From NCBI GenBank assembly GCA_046733875.1, contig JBKPQB010000027.1, positions 23,601 through 87,600 on the forward strand: 64,000 bases of DNA, written 5' to 3'. Position 1 is the first letter of the stretch, and every line of letters begins with the position of its first letter. Of this stretch, positions 57,114-64,000 are shown one piece after another. This stretch comes from Acidobacteriota bacterium. Its GTDB lineage: Bacteria > Acidobacteriota > Vicinamibacteria > Vicinamibacterales > 2-12-FULL-66-21. Made by a program: the position numbers and the translations under genes. The notes beneath the pieces were generated by a model that saw nothing but the letters and a program-made list of their open reading frames with translations, was not told the DNA's origin and did not search any database.

Positions 57114-57818
57114 TTATTCACGACCGGGATCCGGTCTTCGCGAGTCAATGGGCAGCCGTCCGGTATAGACAGCCATCCCTACTACGGCGTCGATACCGAG
57201 CGAGTCGAGCCAGTCGATCTCTTCTCGAGTAGTGATCCCCCCGGCGGCTGTAATCTGACGCTTCGTCGCGGCGCGAACCTGCTCGATCGCTGCCCGATCC
57301 GTGCCCTGCATCAGGCCCTCCACATCGACGTTCGTGAACAGGAACTCGCCAAAGAACGGCTCCAGGATGTGAATGGCCTCGACAGGTGAGAGATCGAGCG
57401 CCGACCGCCAGCCGTGCACGACGACCCGACCGCCGCGCGCGTCGACCGCCGCGATGAGGCGATCCTCTCCCAGCGTGTCGGACAATGAGCGCGCGAGATC
57501 GAGGTCGGGCATGCCGTCGCGGAAGAGGGCGGAACCGAGGATCACTTTTCGCGCGCCGTTGACGATGGCCTCCGACGCGCGCTCGATCGATCGAATGCCG
57601 CCGCCGACACGACAGGGGAGGCGCCGGCAGATCGACTGCACGAGCGCGCCGTTGTTGCCCTCTCCCTTGGCGGCATCCAGATCGATCACCTGGACCTTGG
57701 GGAAGTTCCCGAACCGCTCGATCCAGCCGTCGAGGTCATCGGACGCGAGCGCCAGCTGCTCACCCTGCACGAGTTGCACGACGCGCCCGCCCTGGAGATC
57801 GATCGCTGGAATGAGCAT
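57114..57818 (-). CDS. hisA: ProFAR isomerase
   Basis: MLIPAIDLQGGRVVQLVQGE and a TIM-barrel phosphate-binding GGGIRS. Sits in the his operon. Confidence 0.85.
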   Translation of the reverse strand: MLIPAIDLQGGRVVQLVQGEQLALASDDLDGWIERFGNFPKVQVIDLDAAKGEGNNGALVQSICRRLPCRVGGGIRSIERASEAIVNGARKVILGSALFRDGMPDLDLARSLSDTLGEDRLIAAVDARGGRVVVHGWRSALDLSPVEAIHILEPFFGEFLFTNVDVEGLMQGTDRAAIEQVRAATKRQITAAGGITTREEIDWLDSLGIDAVVGMAVYTGRLPIDSRRPDPGRE

Positions 57819-57824
57819 GAGAGG

Positions 57825-58580
57825 TCAGATGCGCACGGGGACGCCGCGATCGCGGAGAAACTGCTTCAGCTCCGAGACGGCGTGCTCCGAGAAATGAAAC
57901 ACGGATGCGGCGAGCGCAGCGTCTGCCTTGCCCATCGTGAACACCTCGTGAAAGTGCTCGAACGTCCCAGCTCCGCCTGACGCGATCACCGGGATGTTCA
58001 CCGCGGACGAGACAGCTGATGTCAGTCGGCAGTCGAAACCGCTGCGCGTGCCGTCGCGATCGATTGACGTCAGCAGGATCTCTCCCGCCCCCTCCGCTTC
58101 CGCCCGTCGTCCCCACTCAATGGCATCGAGTCCCGCAGCCTCGCGTCCGCTGCGCGTGAATACTTTCCACCCGTCGCCCGTCTGTTTCGCGTCAATCGCC
58201 ACGACGACTGCCTGCGATCCATAGCGTGATGCGAGGCGTCCGATCAACGACGGCTCGTTGACAGCGGCCGTGTTCAGGCTCACCTTGTCGGCACCCGCGT
58301 CGATCGCCGCCGCCGCATCGTCCTCCGAGGCGATCCCGCCGCCTACCGCGAGGGGGATGAAGAGCTCCGCGGAAACCGCACGAATTGTACGCGCCATCGC
58401 ACGCCGCTTCTCGACCGTCGCCGTGACGTCCAGAATGACGAGCTCGTCGATACCTTCGACGTTGTAGCGGCGCGCGAGGGCAGCCGGATCGCCCGCGTTG
58501 CCGAGATCCTGGAAGTTGACGCCCTTCACGACGCAGCCGTCGCGGACGTCGAGGCAGGCGATCAGGCGCTTGGCGAGCAC
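57825..58580 (-). CDS. hisF: Imidazole glycerol phosphate synthase, cyclase subunit
   Basis: GTG start 58580 gives [23 protein letters not shown]. Conserved LTSIDRDGTRSGFD and ASGGAG motifs. About 251 aa. Confidence 0.9.
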   Translation of the reverse strand: MLAKRLIACLDVRDGCVVKGVNFQDLGNAGDPAALARRYNVEGIDELVILDVTATVEKRRAMARTIRAVSAELFIPLAVGGGIASEDDAAAAIDAGADKVSLNTAAVNEPSLIGRLASRYGSQAVVVAIDAKQTGDGWKVFTRSGREAAGLDAIEWGRRAEAEGAGEILLTSIDRDGTRSGFDCRLTSAVSSAVNIPVIASGGAGTFEHFHEVFTMGKADAALAASVFHFSEHAVSELKQFLRDRGVPVRI

Positions 58581-59164
58581 AGGTCGACGAAGTTCCGGAG
58601 GACGCGCAGCCCGGCGTCGCCGGACTTCTCCGGATGAAATTGAACGCCGAACGTGCGGCCGCGTTCGACGACCGCGGCAAACGGCGCCGTGTAAATGGTC
58701 AGGCCGACGCAGGCGCCTGTCACTGGCGCTGCGAACGAATGCGTGAAGTAGAACGCGGTGTGGCTCGCCAGGCCCTCGAGAATCGTGGATGGTCGAACGA
58801 GCTCGACGGTGTTCCAGCCGACGTGCGGCACCTTCTGCGCGGGCGGCAGGCGGAAGCACCGTCCGGACAGCAGCGAGAGCCCGCGGTTTTCAGGTGCCTC
58901 CTCGCTGCCGTCGAAGAGAAACTGAAGCCCGAGGCAGATCCCGAGCAGCGGGACGCCGCGCTCGAGGGTGTCCTTGATTGCGCGCGACCAGCGCTCGTCG
59001 AGCGCGCTCGTCGCCGAGAAATGGCCCACACCCGGCACGATTACGCCGGACGCGCGCGACAGCTCATCGGGACTCGCCGGCGTGAAGAGCGCGGCGCCCG
59101 CAGCAGCAAGCCCTTTTCGCACCGACGTCAGGTTCCCGGCGCCGTAGTCGATGAGCGCGATCAC
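58562..59164 (-). CDS. hisH: Imidazole glycerol phosphate synthase, glutaminase subunit
   Basis: GTG 59164 in a GTGA overlap with the hisB stop. [14 protein letters not shown], and the catalytic GICLGLQ. Confidence 0.9.
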   Translation of the reverse strand: MIALIDYGAGNLTSVRKGLAAAGAALFTPASPDELSRASGVIVPGVGHFSATSALDERWSRAIKDTLERGVPLLGICLGLQFLFDGSEEAPENRGLSLLSGRCFRLPPAQKVPHVGWNTVELVRPSTILEGLASHTAFYFTHSFAAPVTGACVGLTIYTAPFAAVVERGRTFGVQFHPEKSGDAGLRVLRNFVDLCSPSA

Positions 59165-59748
59165 AACAGCCCTTTGGTCGACGGGAGCATCTTGCCAAGC
59201 TGCCGATCGCGCGAGCACGCGACGCGCAGCGCCCTCGCGAACGCCTTGAAGATCGCTTCAATCTGGTGATGGCTCGAGCGTCCGTAGAGCACCTTTACGT
59301 GAACGTTGGCGCGCGCTCCCTGAGCGAAGCCTTCGAAGAAGTCCTGCACGAGCTCCGACTGCAGATCGCCGACGCGCTCGACGGCAAGCTGCAGATCGAC
59401 AACGGCGTGCGTGCGTCCGCCGAGATCGATCGCGGCAACCGCGAGCGCCTCGTCCATGGGCATGACGAAGTAGCCGGCACGATTGATGCCCCGACGCGTT
59501 CCGAGCGCGGCGGAGATCGCCTCACCGAGCGCAATCCCGCAGTCCTCGACGGTGTGATGCTGATCGACGTCGAGATCGCCGTCCGCCTTCAGCGTCAGGT
59601 CGAACGCGCCGTGCCGCGCGACGAGCTCCAGCATGTGATCGAGGAAGCGGATGCCGGTGGCGATGTCGTAGCGGCCGCGTCCTTCGATAGCGACCTTGAT
59701 GCGGATCGACGTCTCGCGTGTTGCCCGTTTCAGCGTGGCGCGCCGCAC
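59161..59748 (-). CDS. hisB: Imidazoleglycerol-phosphate dehydratase (monofunctional)
   Basis: [15 protein letters not shown]...[11 protein letters not shown]...[17 protein letters not shown] 59748 gives about 195 aa. Confidence 0.9.
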   Translation of the reverse strand: MRRATLKRATRETSIRIKVAIEGRGRYDIATGIRFLDHMLELVARHGAFDLTLKADGDLDVDQHHTVEDCGIALGEAISAALGTRRGINRAGYFVMPMDEALAVAAIDLGGRTHAVVDLQLAVERVGDLQSELVQDFFEGFAQGARANVHVKVLYGRSSHHQIEAIFKAFARALRVACSRDRQLGKMLPSTKGLL

Positions 59749-60779
59749 CAGACCTCCTCGATAGCGGTGATGAGCCGCTCGGTATCGGCGACCAGGCCTG
59801 TCGTCATCCGGATGCAGCCGGCACATCCGGGATCGGACGACCGATCGCGGACGAACACGTGCCGTGCCGCCAGCGCCTCGACCAGCCAGCGCGCGCGCGC
59901 GCCGGCGTTGACGAGCATGAAATTCGCGACGCTGCGCGATACGGGAAATCCGAGCCGGGCGCACGCGTCGCTCAGCATGCGTCTCGATTCCGCCACCTGC
60001 GCAACGTACCACTCGCGGTACTGTCGATCGCCCAACGCTACCGGCAGTGCAACCGTTGCGAAGATATTCAGCGTATACGGCGGGACGATGCGCCGGATGG
60101 GCGCCAGCGTGTCAGGATGCCCGAACAGCGCGCCAACGCGCAGCCCCGCCAGCCCGTACGCCTTGGCGAAGGTGCGGCCGACGACCACGTTCGGCAGGTC
60201 GCTGAAGATGCGAGAAGAAATCAGCGTTTCGTCCGTGAAGTCCGCGTACGCTTCGTCGACGAACAGCATCACGGGCGCGACGGCGCGAGCAAGCGCGACG
60301 ATGTCGTCGAGCGCAAGCGACTGCCCGGTAGGGTTGTGCGGATTCGTGACGTAGACGATGCGCGTCCTGTCGGTTACCGCCGCTCGAAGCGCGTCCCACG
60401 GATATGCGTAGTCCCCGTCCAGCGGCAGCATGACCATGCGTCCGCCCAGAGCCTCCGTGCAGACTTCGTACATGTCGAACGCCGGGAACACGCCCAGACC
60501 TTCGGGTATGCCATTACCGCGATCGCGAAACGCCGCGCCAGTCGCAGTGAGAATCCCTTCGTCGAGTCCGTTCGTCAGGACGAGGTGATCCTCCGGTACA
60601 CCGAATGCGTACACGACGGCCTGGTATGCGGCCTCGTAGTCGGGATAGAACGCCGCATCCTTTTCGGTGAGCGAACGAAGTGCGGCAAGAACCGCCGGGG
60701 AACAGCCGCCGGTGTTCTCGTTGAGGTGCAGGCGGATACCCCCGCGATCCGCACGGGGCCTGTCGTACTCACCTGTCAT
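59730..60779 (-). CDS. hisC: Histidinol-phosphate aminotransferase
   Basis: [14 protein letters not shown], the PLP-lysine region ([15 protein letters not shown]). Start 60779 overlaps the hisD stop; 60797 or 60824 are also possible. Confidence 0.87.
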   Translation of the reverse strand: MTGEYDRPRADRGGIRLHLNENTGGCSPAVLAALRSLTEKDAAFYPDYEAAYQAVVYAFGVPEDHLVLTNGLDEGILTATGAAFRDRGNGIPEGLGVFPAFDMYEVCTEALGGRMVMLPLDGDYAYPWDALRAAVTDRTRIVYVTNPHNPTGQSLALDDIVALARAVAPVMLFVDEAYADFTDETLISSRIFSDLPNVVVGRTFAKAYGLAGLRVGALFGHPDTLAPIRRIVPPYTLNIFATVALPVALGDRQYREWYVAQVAESRRMLSDACARLGFPVSRSVANFMLVNAGARARWLVEALAARHVFVRDRSSDPGCAGCIRMTTGLVADTERLITAIEEVWCGAPR

Positions 60780-62043
60780 CGTCGTTCCTGCCTTCATCGA
60801 ACCGCATCTGAATGGACGCCGCATGCGCGTGAAGCCCCTCGGCGTTCGCGAGCGCCACGCCGGCAGGCCCGACGCGGCGCAGCCCGTCCGCCGCGATCTG
60901 CTGAACCGTCGACACGCGCACGAAGTCGGCGGCGGTCAAGCCCCCACGGGCGCGCGCCGCGCCGCTCGTCGGCAGGACATGGTTCGATCCCGTCACGTAG
61001 TCGCCGCACGCCTGCGCGCTGAGCGGCCCGACGAACACGGTTCCGGCCCGTCTGATGCGCTCCGCCTGTGCGAGTGAGTCGCAGACCGCATGTTCCGGTG
61101 CCATGCGTTCGCTGACGGCGAACGCTTCATCGAGGCTCCGCGTGACGACGATGGCGCCGTTGGTGGCAATCGCGCGTCGTGCTGGTCCATCCGGCGGCAC
61201 CTGACGTGTCACCTCGGCCGCGACTTGCGCGGCAAGCCGGCGGCGCGGCGTGACGAAGATCGCGCGCGCATCCGGATCGTGCTCCGCCTGCGCGAGGAGA
61301 TCCGCCGCAATCCAGTCGGGCCGGCCGTCGGTCGAAAGCACGAGAATCTCACTGGGCCCGGCGTAAAAATCGATCGCGCAGCGCGAGGCGACCATCGCCT
61401 TCGCCGCCGCGACGTACGCATTTCCTGGGCCCACGATCTTGTCCACGCGTGGAATGCTCGCCGTCCCGTAGGCAAGCGCAGCGATCGCGTGTGCGCCTCC
61501 AATCCGCAGCAGCCGCGTCACGGCCGCTTCGCGCGCCGCGCACATCACAGTGGCATCCGGACGCGGACACACGGCAACGACTTCGGGCACGCCGGCGATT
61601 CGTGCGGGAATCGCCGTCATCAAGAGAGACGAGGGGAGCGGGTACCGGCCGCCCGGCACGTAGCAACCGACGCGATCCAGCGCCTGCACACGCTGCTCGA
61701 TCTTCACGCCCGGGATCGGACAGAGGGCGAAGCCGCGCGGCACCTGCCGCTGGGCGACGCGCCTGATGTTCTGCGCCGCAAGCCGAATCGCGTCGCGCAC
61801 CTCGGGAGCCACGGCCGCGCTCGCGCGATCGATCTCCTCGTCCGACACGATGACCGGTTCCTTTAGGCCGTCGAACTTCTTCGCGTACGCGAGGACGGCG
61901 CGGTCCCCTTCCCGCCTGACGCGGTCCACGATGGCGGCGACACGGCGTCCAATCGCCGGATCGCGGCGCGGCTCGCGATCCAGCAGGGCGGCAAGCGCCT
62001 TCGCGTTCGACGACTCGACGATGGCAATCGAGGATTTCTTCAC
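60769..62043 (-). CDS. hisD: Histidinol dehydrogenase
   Basis: GTG 62043 in a GTGA overlap with the hisG stop. About 424 aa. Conserved [17 protein letters not shown] and QAEHD motifs. Confidence 0.9.
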   Translation of the reverse strand: MKKSSIAIVESSNAKALAALLDREPRRDPAIGRRVAAIVDRVRREGDRAVLAYAKKFDGLKEPVIVSDEEIDRASAAVAPEVRDAIRLAAQNIRRVAQRQVPRGFALCPIPGVKIEQRVQALDRVGCYVPGGRYPLPSSLLMTAIPARIAGVPEVVAVCPRPDATVMCAAREAAVTRLLRIGGAHAIAALAYGTASIPRVDKIVGPGNAYVAAAKAMVASRCAIDFYAGPSEILVLSTDGRPDWIAADLLAQAEHDPDARAIFVTPRRRLAAQVAAEVTRQVPPDGPARRAIATNGAIVVTRSLDEAFAVSERMAPEHAVCDSLAQAERIRRAGTVFVGPLSAQACGDYVTGSNHVLPTSGAARARGGLTAADFVRVSTVQQIAADGLRRVGPAGVALANAEGLHAHAASIQMRFDEGRNDDDR

Positions 62044-62921
62044 AGCACGATCTTGTTGAGCGGATATTCCACGATGCCCTGCGCCCGTGCGTTCTTCAGC
62101 CGAGGAATGAGATCGCGAACCGTGCGCTCCTCGATGATCGTGTTGATCGCCACCCACTCCGTGTCGCTCAGCGGCGAAATCGTCGGACGCTGCAGCGCGG
62201 GCAGGAGCGCGAGCACGGTCTCCAGATCCGACCGACGCACGTTCAGCATGATGCCGACGCGTCCCTGTGCTTCGATCGCTGCCCTCAGAAGCAGCGCAAT
62301 GTTCTCGAGCTTCGTGCGCTTCCATTCATCGCCGAGCGCACCCCGGTTTGCAATGAGCTGTGTGTTCGATTCGAGCACCGTGTCGATGATGCGCAGGCGG
62401 TTGGCCCGGAGCGACGATCCGGTTTCCGTGACCTCGACGATTGCGTCCGCCAGCACCGGGGGTTTTACTTCCGTCGCCCCCCACGAAAATTCGACGCTCA
62501 CCTTGATGCCGAGCCGAGAGAAGTACGCCTGTGTCGCGCGAACCAGCTCGGTGGCGATCGTGGCCCCTTCGAGGTCCTTCGGTGTCCGGTACGGCGAGTC
62601 CTCCGGGACCGCGAGCACCCAGCGGACCTTGCCGAAGCTCTGCTTCGAGTAGACGAGATCCGCGAGCGGAGCGACCGTCGCCCCGCCGTTCGCCTCGTGC
62701 TCCGCGATCCAGTCCATGCCGGTGAGGCCGGCGTCGAGCACGCCATCCGCGACGTAGCGCGCCATCTCCTGCGCGCGAATGAGCATGCACTCGATTTCCG
62801 AATCGTCGATAGTCGGGAAATACGATCGCGTGCTCGCGTAGATGTTGAACCCGGCGCGCGCGAAGAGCTGAATCGTGGCGTCCTGCAACGACCCCTTGGG
62901 CAATCCCAGCTTCAGCTTCAT
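62040..62921 (-). CDS. hisG: ATP phosphoribosyltransferase, long form
   Basis: [16 protein letters not shown]... 293 aa with the C-terminal regulatory domain. Confidence 0.9.
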   Translation of the reverse strand: MKLKLGLPKGSLQDATIQLFARAGFNIYASTRSYFPTIDDSEIECMLIRAQEMARYVADGVLDAGLTGMDWIAEHEANGGATVAPLADLVYSKQSFGKVRWVLAVPEDSPYRTPKDLEGATIATELVRATQAYFSRLGIKVSVEFSWGATEVKPPVLADAIVEVTETGSSLRANRLRIIDTVLESNTQLIANRGALGDEWKRTKLENIALLLRAAIEAQGRVGIMLNVRRSDLETVLALLPALQRPTISPLSDTEWVAINTIIEERTVRDLIPRLKNARAQGIVEYPLNKIVL

Positions 62922-63235
62922 CGGGTCTCCAGCGGCCGGAAGAAGCAGGAGCGTTCACCCGTGTGACAGACGTTTCCATCCCCGAGCCGCCTCACCTTGA
63001 GCAGCACCGTGTCGTCATCGCAATCCACCAGGATCTGCGAAACCTGGAGCCGGTTCCCCGACGTCTCTCCCTTCGTCCACAGCGCGTTGCGCGTGCGGCT
63101 GAAGAACGTCGCGAAGCCCGAATCCACGGTGCGATCGAGAGCCTGCTGGTTCATGAAGCCGACCATCAGGACCTCGTTGGTGTCCTCGTCCTGAATCACG
63201 GCGGGGACGAGACCCCCGAGTTTCGTAAAGTCCAT
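62918..63235 (-). CDS. hisI: Phosphoribosyl-AMP cyclohydrolase (HisI only, no HisE fusion)
   Basis: Start at ATG 63235 ([29 protein letters not shown]). Motif [13 protein letters not shown] overlap with hisG. Confidence 0.88.
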   Translation of the reverse strand: MDFTKLGGLVPAVIQDEDTNEVLMVGFMNQQALDRTVDSGFATFFSRTRNALWTKGETSGNRLQVSQILVDCDDDTVLLKVRRLGDGNVCHTGERSCFFRPLETR

Positions 63236-63240
63236 ATTCA

Positions 63241-63335
63241 ACCGGGGGGCTTCGCCCCGCCGGACCCCCTGCGTCGTCGCTCGCGGGGATTCCCGTGCCC
63301 CGCTCCGCTCCGGCGGCGCGCCCGCGGCGCGCTGG
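63241..63335 (-). repeat. Diverged single copy of the 38329-38592 repeat family, minus orientation, ending 5 nt before the hisI ATG
   Basis: The reverse complement reads ...CGGAGCGGAGCGGGGCACGGGAATCCCCGCGAGCGACGACGCAGGGGGTCCGGCGGGGCGAAGCCCCCCGG. It shares the blocks CGGAGCGGAGCG, GCGAGCGA, (T/C)AGGGG and GGGGCGAAGCCCC, in the same order as the 101-bp unit. Confidence 0.7.
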
Positions 63336-63340
63336 TTTCG

Positions 63341-63380
63341 CAAACAAAAAAAGCCCCGCGCGGCAGTGCCGGCGGGGCTT
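63341..63380 (-). terminator. Intrinsic terminator downstream of ggt
   Basis: AAGCCCCGC (63351-63359) pairs with GCGGGGCTT (63372-63380). On the minus strand it is followed by TTTTTTTGTTTG. Confidence 0.8.
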
Positions 63381-63487
63381 GATGTGCTGTCGTGTCGCGT
63401 CTTCAGCGCGCGCGCAGCTCACCCGTCCCGCCAAAGCGGACGTGATGGGCGCGATGGTGCGTGACGCTGCAGGACACTTCTTTGAGC

Positions 63488-64000
63488 CTATTGTGGGCTG
63501 CGGGCGGAAGTCAAGCCTGCACCCGCGGCGGACACCTTTCCCTCCGGATTTCGCAGATCGTTGGCGCCGCTCGCGACGCCGGACGCGTCGATGCCGATGG
63601 AGTTCGCATCTCCCTGTGTGCCCTCCATCGTGACCACGTGGCCCATCGCTCGAAGCTGACGCACGACCTCCGCCGAGGCGCCGTTCTTCTCGATCGTCGC
63701 GCAATCGGGCAGCCATTGATGATGCAGGCGCGGTGCGTCGACCGCCTCACGAACCGTCATCCCGAACTCCGTGACGCCGAGCACGACGGACAGCACGGTA
63801 TTGATGATCGTGCGGCCTCCGGGCGAGCCCGTGATTAGGACGACTTTCCCGTTGCGCTCGACGATGGTCGGCGTCATCGAGCTCAGCATCCGCTTGCCGG
63901 GATCGATGAGATTCGCCGGCGTGCCGATGTCGCCGGTCGTATTCGTGACGCCCGGATTCTTGTTGAAATCTCCCATCTCGTTGTTGAGCAGAAACCCCGC
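63488..64000 (-). CDS. ggt: Gamma-glutamyltransferase, C-terminal part; 5' end lies outside the window
   Basis: FLLNNEMGDF...MLSSMTPTIV...ITGSPGGRTIINTV are classic small-subunit GGT motifs. The ORF is open to the window edge. Confidence 0.88.
   Translation of the reverse strand, partial: AGFLLNNEMGDFNKNPGVTNTTGDIGTPANLIDPGKRMLSSMTPTIVERNGKVVLITGSPGGRTIINTVLSVVLGVTEFGMTVREAVDAPRLHHQWLPDCATIEKNGASAEVVRQLRAMGHVVTMEGTQGDANSIGIDASGVASGANDLRNPEGKVSAAGAGLTSARSPQ

Overview
High-GC bacterial chromosome, roughly two-thirds G+C by eye. An ADOP-type duplicated orphan permease with a PadR regulator upstream points to Acidobacteriota. The window is densely packed with about 52 protein genes, most of them housekeeping. 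In order they include metH (3' part), an efflux operon, dinB, type III glutamine synthetase, a ParC/GyrA-like and ParE/GyrB-like pair flanking sucAB, thrABC, pncB, and an eight-gene his operon (hisIGDCBHFA). The his operon appears to continue into membrane, peptidase, ATPase and MFS genes; a partial ggt closes the window. I found no rRNA, tRNA, CRISPR array, transposase, integrase or prophage genes, and no canonical defence island. The least explained signal is non-coding. (1) Many intergenic spacers hold short arrays of degenerate heptads (GGNNGTN or GGGGATC words, or their complements) that start at or overlap stop codons and fall into recurring sub-families. (2) TGTAG-plus-hairpin, REP-like elements recur, including a 15-mer present three times. 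(3) A 101-bp tandem repeat (2.4 copies, 99/101 identical) has a diverged inverted copy directly upstream of hisI. Protein-level oddities are also present. Three tandem HlyD adaptor paralogs are coupled to a MacB-type permease with no ATPase. There is an eRF1-like (baeRF/Vms1-like) protein and a lone FRG-domain gene overlapping qor and divergent from pncB. A GT-C-like membrane protein is paired with an ERMP1-like membrane M28 peptidase downstream of the his genes. All functional calls come from reading the translations by eye; no searches were run.
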